From an uncultured archaeon (lineage in GTDB: Archaea > Nanobdellota > Nanobdellia > Woesearchaeales > CAIVOO01), in the NCBI GenBank assembly GCA_903904885.1, contig CAIVED010000037.1, positions 2,032 through 66,031 of the forward strand: a stretch of DNA of 64,000 bases. The letters are read 5' to 3'. How positions within the stretch are numbered: position 1 is the first letter of the stretch; every line of letters begins with the position of its first letter. A program made the position numbers and the translations under genes. Positions 35,989 through 45,336 of this stretch are shown here, one piece after another. The notes beneath the pieces are model-generated. The model did no database searches. It had not been told where the DNA came from and saw only the letters and a program-made list of their open reading frames with translations.

Positions 35989-36936
35989 TCACAAATACTT
36001 CACATAAACTTTGAAGAATTTCTCAAATGTCTGCTCAAATTTCTCTACCAAGAATCTCTCCAATTTAGGAGCATGCCCTCCATCAAAGGATTCCAGAGCA
36101 GAGAAATATGCCTGCCTTGATGTCTTCCTTATTATCAAAGGGGGGTAGTTATTATCAATCAGTATTGCATTTGCCAGAACCCTGCCAACCCGCCCATTTC
36201 CGTCCTCAAATGGATGTATCTTCTCAAACTTTCCGTGAAATATGGCTGCAATTTTAAGGGGGTGCATTTTTCCTTTTGCAGAATTGTACCATTCAACAAG
36301 TCGTTTCATTTCAACATAAACCATCTCGGGAGGGGTTGTCTCAACATTTCTCATAAGCAGGAAATTAGGCATTTTCTTAAAGCTGAGACTAACCCCCGTA
36401 TCCTTCATTAAAACTGCATGTATTTTTACTATGTCCTTCAGACTTATCTTTATTTTGCCCCGGAACAAAAGCGCATTTGCAATTCTTGTATTTCTTGTTT
36501 CATAAATCTCTCTAAGGTCTTTGCCTTTAGGCATCATATTTTCAGAAAGAAAGAGGGTAACATCCTTAAGTGTCAGTGAATTTCCTTCTATGGCGTTTGA
36601 TTCATATGTAAAATTAACTGTAAACCTGTCAAGAACATCGCTAATTTGCTTTTTTGTCAGTTTCCTGAGAATCTCCTTATACTCGACCCGGTAACTCTCT
36701 ATTTTAACTATTTTCCTCTCATCAAGCACATCATCTTTTTTATATCGGGCGATGGCGAGTTTTTTATATGCATCTAATTCTTTCTCCCTGAAATACGCAG
36801 ATACTTCCTTCCGTCTAGCATCTTCCTTATTTTTAATCAGCTTGGAGATTTTCTTTATTTTTCCGTCTACCCTGAAAGAGTATTCAGCATACAAATAGCG
36901 CTTTCCCTTTATTTTTTTAATTTTAACACTTACCAT
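35989..36936 (-). CDS. Fic family protein
   Basis: FTYESNAIEGN and an intact HPFEDGNGRVGR motif. Confidence 0.93.
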   Translation of the reverse strand: MVSVKIKKIKGKRYLYAEYSFRVDGKIKKISKLIKNKEDARRKEVSAYFREKELDAYKKLAIARYKKDDVLDERKIVKIESYRVEYKEILRKLTKKQISDVLDRFTVNFTYESNAIEGNSLTLKDVTLFLSENMMPKGKDLREIYETRNTRIANALLFRGKIKISLKDIVKIHAVLMKDTGVSLSFKKMPNFLLMRNVETTPPEMVYVEMKRLVEWYNSAKGKMHPLKIAAIFHGKFEKIHPFEDGNGRVGRVLANAILIDNNYPPLIIRKTSRQAYFSALESFDGGHAPKLERFLVEKFEQTFEKFFKVYVKYL

Positions 36937-36987
36937 GAATACAGTTACCCCTACAGATATTTAAATCTATCGTTTTTGTAGGGGTAA

Positions 36988-39888
36988 CTAATCAATCTCC
37001 TTCCGGACCTTGCACAGGAATTTCGCAATCTCGTCTTCCCAGTACTTCGGAACCGGATGTGAGCAGAAGTCATTGAGCCATTTGACAAAATTATCACTAA
37101 ACCCCTTTCTCTCGCCGTCAATCAATCTGTTTACATCATAGACAATCAATTCCCCCAAATCCCCTTTAAGTCTTGCTTTATTTAACTGCCACCGCAATTT
37201 GTCTTTTTCAGAAACCTCAATCTTCTCTTTCTCCTTTTCCTGCCTTCTCCAGAATTTGTTGTAGTCAATCGTGAATCCGTCACCGATGTCAATTTCTTTT
37301 GCTTTCTTGTCCCCGATTTTTGTACCGATTTTGGCAAGCACCATCTGATGCATCCTCCTCATGAATTCCATTTTGTCTTCAATCCTGAGCAAATCAACAT
37401 ATCCCTGCATGACAAGATTCAATGCAAACGGCGAGGGAATTGTTGTGCTTATTTCTTTTACCTTTATCTTATTGTCCTCGATCATCTCTATAACCCGCTT
37501 TGCGTTGTCAATGTCCATCAAATCCTCCAAAACTTCCCTTCTTGCCTCTTTCAGGACAGAAAAATTATTGCTTATCCTTCTGACAGCAGTGAGAAGTATC
37601 ATAGAACTGACCTGCTGCCTTCCGACTCTCTTCGCTTCACCTTTGTAAATCCTAAGAATCATAAGCGCCCTTGTGGCGCAGTGCCTGAATCTCCTTTTCA
37701 AAACCTCTGTGTTTTCAATCGCATTGTCAAGAATCCCCTTTATCTCCTTTGCATTAAGCATCTCCAGCGCTTTTACTGCATCAAAGCCGCTCTTGGAAGC
37801 AACATAAAACCCGTTGTCATTTATCCCAACTTCAACATCCCGGTGCTGGGCCCTTGCGATTGCATAGGCAACTGCTCTTGAAAGCGCATCATTCACCCTC
37901 CTCCCATAGAGCGCATGGAAAATTGCATAGTGCTTCCCGTCCTCGGTGTAATTTTCAACAATTAATTTCTTCTCGCTCGGAATCTCACCGCAATAAAGGA
38001 ACTGCTCATTGAAATACTCATAGATTGAGTTGGCGGCATTGTCATCAACATAAAGGAATTCGTTTATGAATTTTATAACATCCTGCTTAAGTTCATGGCT
38101 TTTCAGCTTCTCTTCCATCAGTTTCCTGAACCTGCCAATCTCATTTGCCAGGTCAAACGAAAGCGGGAGCATCTCAGAGAACCAGGATGGAACAGTTGGC
38201 TTCCTGCCGATGACTGATTCAACCTGGGCAGTCATTCCCCTTGCAAAATTGAATCTGTAGGTGTCGCCTCCCAAAACAAAAATATCCCCCTTTTTCAGCT
38301 TCTCAAGAAATGCTTCATCAATGGAGCCGATTATCTGCTCGCCAATTTTGACGGAAACAGAAGTCTCCTCAGGAATTGTGCCGATGTTTGTCATGTAAAT
38401 TACACGGCTCATCTTGCCCTTCCTGCCAATCATGCCCGTGCTTTCATCATACCAGATTTTTGAATAGATGTGCCGGTCTTCCAAAGAGATGTATTTTCCT
38501 GCAAGGTAATCAATAACTTCCCCGAAATCCTTTCTCTGCAATGTCGCATAGCAGTAGCTTTTTCTTATTGTTTTGTAAACATCCTCAATATTCTGGTTTC
38601 CTTCAAGAGCAATCCCGTCAATCTGCTGGGCCAGAACATCAAGGCAGTTTTTAGGAATATGAACTTTGTCAATCTTTTTTTCTATTGCACTTTTCAAAAG
38701 AACAGAGCATTCAATCAAATCATCCCTGTCCAATACGACAATCCTGCCCTTTGTTGTCGAGTGAAGCTGGTGGCCCGACCTTCCGACTCTCTGCAGCGCC
38801 CTTGATACGGACTTCGGGGAGCCGAGGAGAATTACCAAGTCTATAAAGCCAATATCAATCCCCAGTTCAAGCGAGGTTGAGCAGACAACGCATTTCAGCT
38901 TTCCGTCCCTGAGACTCTGCTCTATTTTTCTCCGGTGGGTTTTTGAGAGAGAGCCATGATGCGCTCCGATATTCTCTGTATAATTTTTAGGGTATTTTTC
39001 CTTCAGGTGATGCACAACCCTTTCTGTTGCAGCACGGGTGTTTGTGAAAATCAGGGTTGTCTTGTGCGCCTGGATTAGTTTGTCAAGCAGCTCATACAAT
39101 TTGTCATTGAGATATTCCGCGCCGACGTCAGCAAGATTCCTCACCGGGCTGAGCACTTTCATGTCCAGATTTTTCAGGAACTGGACATCAACAATCTTGC
39201 AGTTTCTGTCTGTCCCGACCAGGAACTTCGCTATTTCCTCAAGCGGCGCCACTGTTGCGCTTAACCCTACTCTTGCAAATTCGCAGATTCTCTGCATTCT
39301 CTCAAGAGTCAATGAAAGATGAACTCCCCTCTTGTTTTCAGCCAGCGCATGGATTTCGTCGATAATAACCCATTCAACTGCCTTGAGATGCTCCCTGAAT
39401 TTCAGGGAGGTTATCATTATTGCCAGAGATTCAGGAGTTGTTATCAGAATGTGGGGAGATTTTTTCAGCATGGCCGCTTTTTCAGAGGCAGTTGTGTCCC
39501 CTGTCCTGACGCCAACCCTTATTCCAAGTTTTTTGCCTGCAAGCTTTTCTATCTCCTGGAGGGGGCTTAGGAGATTTACCTGTATGTCATAATTCAACGC
39601 CTTAAGCGGAGAGATGTAAACAGCGTAAACCTTGTCTTCCAATATCCCTTTTTGTGACAGGTCAACAAGCTCGTTCAATATTGACAAAAATCCTGTCAAT
39701 GTCTTGGTTGCCCCTGTGGGAGCGCTCACAAGGATGTTCTCCCTGCTGTGAATTGGCATAACCCCATACAGCTGGGGAATCGAGAACTTCGGGAATTTCG
39801 AGAAAAACCACTGCTTTACGAGGGGATTGAGTATATTAATTAGGTCTTCCGGCCTTTCCGGTTCCTTTTTGTAGATTAGTTTTTCCAT
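36988..39888 (-). CDS. lhr: ATP-dependent helicase Lhr (Lhr-core)
   Basis: YISPLKAL..DI, VRTGDT, TTPESL, DEIH, LSAT, HHGSLS, STSLELGID, QRVGRSGH, YMTNIGTIP. Confidence 0.93.
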   Translation of the reverse strand: MEKLIYKKEPERPEDLINILNPLVKQWFFSKFPKFSIPQLYGVMPIHSRENILVSAPTGATKTLTGFLSILNELVDLSQKGILEDKVYAVYISPLKALNYDIQVNLLSPLQEIEKLAGKKLGIRVGVRTGDTTASEKAAMLKKSPHILITTPESLAIMITSLKFREHLKAVEWVIIDEIHALAENKRGVHLSLTLERMQRICEFARVGLSATVAPLEEIAKFLVGTDRNCKIVDVQFLKNLDMKVLSPVRNLADVGAEYLNDKLYELLDKLIQAHKTTLIFTNTRAATERVVHHLKEKYPKNYTENIGAHHGSLSKTHRRKIEQSLRDGKLKCVVCSTSLELGIDIGFIDLVILLGSPKSVSRALQRVGRSGHQLHSTTKGRIVVLDRDDLIECSVLLKSAIEKKIDKVHIPKNCLDVLAQQIDGIALEGNQNIEDVYKTIRKSYCYATLQRKDFGEVIDYLAGKYISLEDRHIYSKIWYDESTGMIGRKGKMSRVIYMTNIGTIPEETSVSVKIGEQIIGSIDEAFLEKLKKGDIFVLGGDTYRFNFARGMTAQVESVIGRKPTVPSWFSEMLPLSFDLANEIGRFRKLMEEKLKSHELKQDVIKFINEFLYVDDNAANSIYEYFNEQFLYCGEIPSEKKLIVENYTEDGKHYAIFHALYGRRVNDALSRAVAYAIARAQHRDVEVGINDNGFYVASKSGFDAVKALEMLNAKEIKGILDNAIENTEVLKRRFRHCATRALMILRIYKGEAKRVGRQQVSSMILLTAVRRISNNFSVLKEARREVLEDLMDIDNAKRVIEMIEDNKIKVKEISTTIPSPFALNLVMQGYVDLLRIEDKMEFMRRMHQMVLAKIGTKIGDKKAKEIDIGDGFTIDYNKFWRRQEKEKEKIEVSEKDKLRWQLNKARLKGDLGELIVYDVNRLIDGERKGFSDNFVKWLNDFCSHPVPKYWEDEIAKFLCKVRKEID

Positions 39889-39992
39889 TATAAATGCTCA
39901 TTCACCCCAGAACTTGATGCCTGGATAACGTCTGAAGTCATATATAAAGCTTTTGGTGAAGGGTATTTAAATTTTAACGGTATTATGGCGCC

Positions 39993-40979
39993 ATGAGATA
40001 CCTGAATTTGGACATTCTCCGAGAAGAACAAACACCCAATAATTTCCCTGTTTTCTTTCGAGTGGTTAGAGGAGCAACAGATTGCAACATTCACCGCAGG
40101 GTTATAAAATCCATTGATATGGACGGCAGGGATTTTTTCAGAAAAGGCAACTCCATAAGAGCATTGTTCCTGAAGCTTTTCGCGGCAACGGCCTATGAGC
40201 TGGAGGGCTACGACAGGGAAGCAGCAGTTTGCTATGATTACGCAGCCAAAAGCGCAGATGCACTGGAGTTTAGAATGGAACGAGGGGAAATGCTCAAGTG
40301 CTGCGCCTATCGCTATCTGGCTGTCTGCCCCCCCGACTTCTTGAACGCAGGGTTTGCATTTCTCAAGGCAAGCACCTGCGAAGAGGAAAGGCTTAAAATT
40401 TTCAGGGATCTCAAGCGCGCAGAGCACAGCTTTGCCTGCGCAGGCAGGGACATTGAAAGAGACAGCTCGGTTGCTAATTTATACCAGCAAATTCTGCAGG
40501 AGATAAAAGCCCCAACGCTCAATGAAGAATTTCTTGGAGATGTGAGAAAAAGCCTGGAATGTGAAAACCTGGAGGTTCTGATTTCAGAGGTGCTTTTCGC
40601 AAGAAAATCAGAACTGGGCAGATGCCGCATTGACCAGCTGAGAGAGAAGAGCAAAAAAACCAAAAACCGCCCTCCGTCCTACGGCAACATTTTAATCAGT
40701 GCTCTCGCAGGGAGGGGGTACGAACTTCTGCCTCCTTCAGAAATAAAAAATTTTTTTGCAGCAGAGGCCTATGAGCAAGCAGCTGCCTGCGCCGGGGAGC
40801 TTAACTTAATGTATCACTGTGTTGACCTTTCTGTGAGGGCTGCCCGGAACTTCCGGACGGCAGGCAAAAAGGGCAAGGCAGCCCAGGCACTGAGACAGGC
40901 AAGCCAGTACAGCAGGCCTGTTTTCCGGGAGGGTCTTGCCAAAATGGCAGATTCTCTGAGACAGCCAAAACCTTTATAA
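39993..40979 (+). CDS. hypothetical alpha-helical protein
   Basis: 328 aa Ala/Glu/Arg-rich ORF with TPR/SNAP-like helical character. Confidence 0.6.
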   Translation: MRYLNLDILREEQTPNNFPVFFRVVRGATDCNIHRRVIKSIDMDGRDFFRKGNSIRALFLKLFAATAYELEGYDREAAVCYDYAAKSADALEFRMERGEMLKCCAYRYLAVCPPDFLNAGFAFLKASTCEEERLKIFRDLKRAEHSFACAGRDIERDSSVANLYQQILQEIKAPTLNEEFLGDVRKSLECENLEVLISEVLFARKSELGRCRIDQLREKSKKTKNRPPSYGNILISALAGRGYELLPPSEIKNFFAAEAYEQAAACAGELNLMYHCVDLSVRAARNFRTAGKKGKAAQALRQASQYSRPVFREGLAKMADSLRQPKPL

Positions 40980-41051
40980 ATGACCTGTTTTTCACAAATG
41001 CAGGGTTTAGCGGTTCTAGGGGTTGCAGAACAGATAAAGGTGTAAAAAAAT

Positions 41052-41492
41052 ATGTCAAATGCTTACGATGTAAACACAAATGATTTGATAGACGCTGTTG
41101 CTGAAAAGCTGGAGAAGATGCCTGACATGAAGCCGCCTGCATGGGCGAGCATTGTAAAAACAGGCATCCACAAAGAAAGGCCGCCTGCAAACCCGAACTG
41201 GTGGTTTGTGAGGGCAGCGGCAATACTGAGGCAGATTTACATTCTTGGGCCCATAGGAACCTCAAAACTGAGGACCAAATTCGGCGGCGCCCAGAACAGG
41301 GGATATGCCCCTGAGCGATTCAAGAAGGCTTCGGGCAACATAATCAGGAAAATACTGCAGCAGCTTGAGAAATCAGGCCTCTCGGTCCAGACCACAAAGA
41401 AAGGCCACAAGGGCAGGTTTGTCACGGCAAAAGGAAAATCATTGCTTGATAAGACTGCTTCGGAAATTGCAAAATCGCAGAAGAAGGAATAA
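41052..41492 (+). CDS. rps19e: 30S ribosomal protein S19e
   Basis: PPAWASIVKTG, WWFVRAAAILR, SGNIIRKILQQLE. Confidence 0.97.
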   Translation: MSNAYDVNTNDLIDAVAEKLEKMPDMKPPAWASIVKTGIHKERPPANPNWWFVRAAAILRQIYILGPIGTSKLRTKFGGAQNRGYAPERFKKASGNIIRKILQQLEKSGLSVQTTKKGHKGRFVTAKGKSLLDKTASEIAKSQKKE

Positions 41493-41494
41493 AA

Positions 41495-41668
41495 ATGTCA
41501 AGATACATCCATCCAAGCAGGAAAAAAAGGCTGGCAAAGGCAGGAACGCAGACCAAGTGGGCGCCTTTCTGGCTTATTCCTAAGATCTTCGGCAAGGGAA
41601 GAAAGGTTCATCCTTCCAGGATAACCAAAGTAAAGAGAAGCTGGAGAAGAAGAAAGACAAGGGCATAA
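41495..41668 (+). CDS. rpl39e: 50S ribosomal protein L39e
   Basis: Hand translation (57 aa): KKRLAKAGTQTKWAPFW..KRSWRRRK, lying between rps19e and rpl31e. Confidence 0.9.
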   Translation: MSRYIHPSRKKRLAKAGTQTKWAPFWLIPKIFGKGRKVHPSRITKVKRSWRRRKTRA

Positions 41669-41670
41669 AA

Positions 41671-42201
41671 ATGATTGAAAGAACATACAACATACCATTG
41701 AGAAGAGAATTTCTGAGGTCTCCAAGATACCGAAGGGCAAAGAGGGCAGGCATTGCTCTCAGGACATTTCTCGAGAGGCACATGAAGTCAGAGGAAGTTT
41801 ACATAGGCAAAAGGCTGAATGAGAAAATCTGGGAGCACGGGATCAAAAACCCACCCCATCATGTTAAAGTTGATGTTGTTAAGGAAGACGACGGCAAGGT
41901 TTACGCCGAGCTTTCAGGCTTCAAGTATGAAAAGCCAATTGTTGAGGAAGAGAAAAAGAAGGGAAAGGCTGAAGTGAAAAAAGAAGCCAAAAAGGGAGAG
42001 GAAGTCATCAAGGAAGAGCTTGAAAAGTTGGAAGAGAAGACAGAAAAAATAAAAGAAACAAAAGAAAAGAAAGGCGAAGAAAAGGAAAAGAAGCTCGAGA
42101 ACCTCTCAAAGCATGAAGGCAAAATACCATCTCCCAGGGGAAAAACAGTTGTTGAAATGACCGAGAAAAAGAGAAAGGAAAGGTCAGCTAGTTCTTCTTA
42201 A
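41671..42201 (+). CDS. rpl31e: 50S ribosomal protein L31e with Lys/Glu-rich tail
   Basis: ERTYNIPLR, RAKRA, LNEKIWEHGIKNPP. Confidence 0.95.
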   Translation: MIERTYNIPLRREFLRSPRYRRAKRAGIALRTFLERHMKSEEVYIGKRLNEKIWEHGIKNPPHHVKVDVVKEDDGKVYAELSGFKYEKPIVEEEKKKGKAEVKKEAKKGEEVIKEELEKLEEKTEKIKETKEKKGEEKEKKLENLSKHEGKIPSPRGKTVVEMTEKKRKERSASSS

Positions 42202-42724
42202 TTTTTGTTGCTTCGTATAATTGATTTAGGCTTATTGAATAAGAATGTCCGCCCAGTTTTACGATTTTATCTTTAGCTAACGCAACCAAAATTAGGCATT
42301 GCCTCTGTTTATTCTCTACAGGAAAAATTTTTCCCAGCTCGGCATATTTCAATATTTCCCTGCCTGTGCTATCAAGGCCGAGCAGGGAATCAGATGTTAT
42401 CAAAGTCAAAGAATATGCTCCGTTGACAAAACTGTCCCGGTCATCATAATTTGCCCTTGCGCTTATTGAGTAAACATGGCCAGGCTGTTGGCACTGCAAT
42501 ATGCGCGTCCTGCGGAAGGAGTTGAAATCTGAATTTCTGCCTGCAGGAACAATATCGCTAAATGGTATTACCAACCCCGTTTTTAGGTCAGCTTCGTCAT
42601 ACTCCGAAACAAGCCTGAATCCGAGCTCATTTGCGAGCTCTTCCACCAGGCCAAAGAATCTGGGGCTGCTTTTTTGCTCTTCAATCAGCCTGATTCTCTC
42701 CTCAACAGTCAGAGACTTTGCCAT
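42188..42724 (-). CDS. hypothetical protein
   Basis: 178 aa ORF. Confidence 0.6.
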   Translation of the reverse strand: MAKSLTVEERIRLIEEQKSSPRFFGLVEELANELGFRLVSEYDEADLKTGLVIPFSDIVPAGRNSDFNSFRRTRILQCQQPGHVYSISARANYDDRDSFVNGAYSLTLITSDSLLGLDSTGREILKYAELGKIFPVENKQRQCLILVALAKDKIVKLGGHSYSISLNQLYEATKIKKN

Positions 42725-42779
42725 ATCCGGGGAATAAATTAAATTCTATTTAAAATCCTTCAGAAACGTTTAAAAAGAG

Positions 42780-43538
42780 TCATTCAAGGGCAAGCATCGC
42801 AAACATGAGCGCTATCCCCAAAACGAAGAATAAAAGCTGGAGCAGTGAGCGTGACAGTTGCGGGGATTCGCAAACGTCTTTATGAAGTTCAGGTATCAAA
42901 TCTGTCCCTGCAATGTAAATGAACCCGCCGGCTGCCAGGGGCAGGAAGAACAGTTTAATGTTTTCGGAGTAGGCGCCCAATATCAGACCAACAACCGCTC
43001 CCAAAACCGCTGTAAGCGCTGAAAGCATGTTGAACAAAAGCGCCCTTTTCTTTGCGAAACCTGCATGAATCAAAACTCCGAAATCGCCAAGCTCCTGCGG
43101 GATTTCATGGGCTATGACCGCAATGGTTGTGGTAATTCCGATAGGTATGCTGATTAAATAAGATGCTGCAACAATAAGCCCGTCAATGAAATTATGGACT
43201 CCGTCCCCCACAAGGTTGAGGATTCCGACAGGATGGATATGGTTCTTTTCTGTCGGCATGTGGCAGTGCCTCCAATGGATTACCTTTTCCATTATGAAGA
43301 ATATTATTATGCCTGAAAGTACCCCTGCTGATACCATCATAGGCGTGCTAAGCTTAAATGATTCCGGCAAAATATGGATGAACGCGTCCCCGAACAATGC
43401 CCCTGCAGAAAAGCTGACGAAGTAAATAATTATTTTTTTCAAAGTATTTTCTTTCAATGACAAAGCAAAAACGCCAATGAGAGAAATCAGGCTTACAATT
43501 ACGACGCTGATGAGTGTGTAGAGCCAGAGGGTTAACAT
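42780..43538 (-). CDS. ZIP family metal transporter
   Basis: SFSAGALFGDAFIH, HNFIDG, HEIPQELGDF. Confidence 0.93.
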   Translation of the reverse strand: MLTLWLYTLISVVIVSLISLIGVFALSLKENTLKKIIIYFVSFSAGALFGDAFIHILPESFKLSTPMMVSAGVLSGIIIFFIMEKVIHWRHCHMPTEKNHIHPVGILNLVGDGVHNFIDGLIVAASYLISIPIGITTTIAVIAHEIPQELGDFGVLIHAGFAKKRALLFNMLSALTAVLGAVVGLILGAYSENIKLFFLPLAAGGFIYIAGTDLIPELHKDVCESPQLSRSLLQLLFFVLGIALMFAMLALE

Positions 43539-43569
43539 TTCTTTATTGTTTCAATTTTGGTTTATAAGC

Positions 43570-43947
43570 CTATCGGACAGTTTCATTCTGCCAGTATTCT
43601 CTTAGGGATTTTATTTTACCTTTGGATATTTCCATTATTGCAACCTCTTTCATGTGTATTTTTTCTTTTTTCCGTTTGTTGAAGAATCTGGCATCCCATT
43701 CTGCAATTACTATGCTGCCATCAATGTAAAAATTCAGCAGTTTGAATTTTATGTCCTTTTGCTCATTGACAACCTTGTAAGTCCAATATTTTCTTATCTG
43801 CTTATGCCCAATATATGGCTTTTTCAAAACACGCTCATGGTAAATTGCATTTTTCGTGAAAATAGAGAGAATTTTGTCAGGGTCCTGCTCAACCCACGCT
43901 TCGCCGTAGATTTTTAGAAGTTTTGAAATCGTTTTTCTATCAATCAT
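43570..43947 (-). CDS. SnoaL/NTF2-like domain protein
   Basis: YGEAWVEQDPDKILSIFTKNAIY, GHKQIRKYW, SLREYW. Confidence 0.85.
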   Translation of the reverse strand: MIDRKTISKLLKIYGEAWVEQDPDKILSIFTKNAIYHERVLKKPYIGHKQIRKYWTYKVVNEQKDIKFKLLNFYIDGSIVIAEWDARFFNKRKKEKIHMKEVAIMEISKGKIKSLREYWQNETVR

Positions 43948-43948
43948 C

Positions 43949-45289
43949 TCACATCCTCGGCATCTTGGCTCCCATCCTTTTCATCATCTTATCCATGTTG
44001 CCGCCCTTCATCATCTTCACCATTTTCTTTGACTGCTTGTACTGCTTCAGCAAATCCCGCACTTCCGACGCAGGCATTCCGGAGCCCTTTGCAATCCTTT
44101 CAATTCTTGTGCCGGTTATTTCCTCAGGATTTTCCAGTTCATACTGTGTGCAGGAATCCATTATGAATTTCCATTTTTTCAGCTTTCCTTCCTGCACCTG
44201 CAATGCCTCTTTTGGCATTTTTATCTGAGAGAAGCCGGGAATCAGTTCAACCACTTTTGATAGCGGGCCCATCTTGCCCATTGCCTGCAGTTGGTCGTAC
44301 AAGTCAACAAGATTAAACTCGCCCCTAAGCATTTTCTTGCTCAAATCTTCTGCTTTCTCCTCGGGAATTGCTTCTTTAACTTTTTCAAGAAGGGTTTCCA
44401 GATCTCCCATTCCGATAATTCGGCCCACAAACCTCTTTGGGTCAAACATCTCGAAATCGTCAACTTTCTCGCCAACGCCGATGAATTTTACCTTTGCGCC
44501 TGTAACAGAGCATGCAGCAAGCGCGCCGCCGCCCTTTGCAGTCCCGTCCAGTTTTGTTATAATAACACCATTAACACCGCAGGCATCATGGAAAGCCTGG
44601 GCCTGCTTTTCAGCGCCCTGGCCAACATCTGCGCCTATGACAAGCATTCTCTCGTCGGCATTTACCGCTTTCCCGATTTTGTTCAGTTCCTTGATTAAAT
44701 CATCAGAAAGCGCATCCCTTCCGGCAGTATCATAAATTATAACATCAAATTTCTTCAGCTCGCTGTCAAATTCCTTCAGGATTTTCAGCGGGTCTTTCTG
44801 CTTCGGGTTGCCGAAAACAGCGGCGTTGATACTTTTCCCCACCTGGAACAGTTGCTCATAGGCCGCAGGCCTCCAGACATCCAAACCCACAAGCGCAACC
44901 TTGTGGCCCCGCTTCATAAAATATTTTGCCAGCTTGCCTGCGGTTGTTGTCTTCCCGTTTCCGAACAGGCCAACAAGCATTATTTTGTATGGCTTCTTTT
45001 TTACCTCGATTTTTGCAGGCTCTTCGCCGAGAAATTTGACCAGCTCATCATAGACAATCTTTACCAGATGCTCTTTCTTGGAAATGCCCGGCAAATCCTT
45101 CTCTGCCATTGCCTTTTCCTTTATTGATTTTGTAAGGTCAAAAACAAGCTTGACATTGACATCGCTCTGGAGAAGCGCCCTCTGAATGTCTTTCACAAGC
45201 TCGTTTATCAGCTTTTCATCTACAAAAACTGCCTTGGCAATCTTGTCAAAGGTTCCCTTTATGCTTTCCCCCAGTTTTTCAAGGACCAT
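43949..45289 (-). CDS. srp54: signal recognition particle protein SRP54
   Basis: GLFGNGKTTT, DVWRPAA, DTAGR, TKLDGTAKGGG, and a Met-rich M domain. Confidence 0.97.
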   Translation of the reverse strand: MVLEKLGESIKGTFDKIAKAVFVDEKLINELVKDIQRALLQSDVNVKLVFDLTKSIKEKAMAEKDLPGISKKEHLVKIVYDELVKFLGEEPAKIEVKKKPYKIMLVGLFGNGKTTTAGKLAKYFMKRGHKVALVGLDVWRPAAYEQLFQVGKSINAAVFGNPKQKDPLKILKEFDSELKKFDVIIYDTAGRDALSDDLIKELNKIGKAVNADERMLVIGADVGQGAEKQAQAFHDACGVNGVIITKLDGTAKGGGALAACSVTGAKVKFIGVGEKVDDFEMFDPKRFVGRIIGMGDLETLLEKVKEAIPEEKAEDLSKKMLRGEFNLVDLYDQLQAMGKMGPLSKVVELIPGFSQIKMPKEALQVQEGKLKKWKFIMDSCTQYELENPEEITGTRIERIAKGSGMPASEVRDLLKQYKQSKKMVKMMKGGNMDKMMKRMGAKMPRM

Positions 45290-45336
45290 GGCAAAAGACA
45301 AAGAAAAAGGGTTTATAAAACTTCTCCTGGCGGCAA

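Noticed and set aside
18761-36936. Provirus or integrative element in the accessory tract
   Set aside because: No integrase, transposase, capsid or terminase motifs, no duplicated tRNA 3' end (att) seen, and mixed gene orientation.
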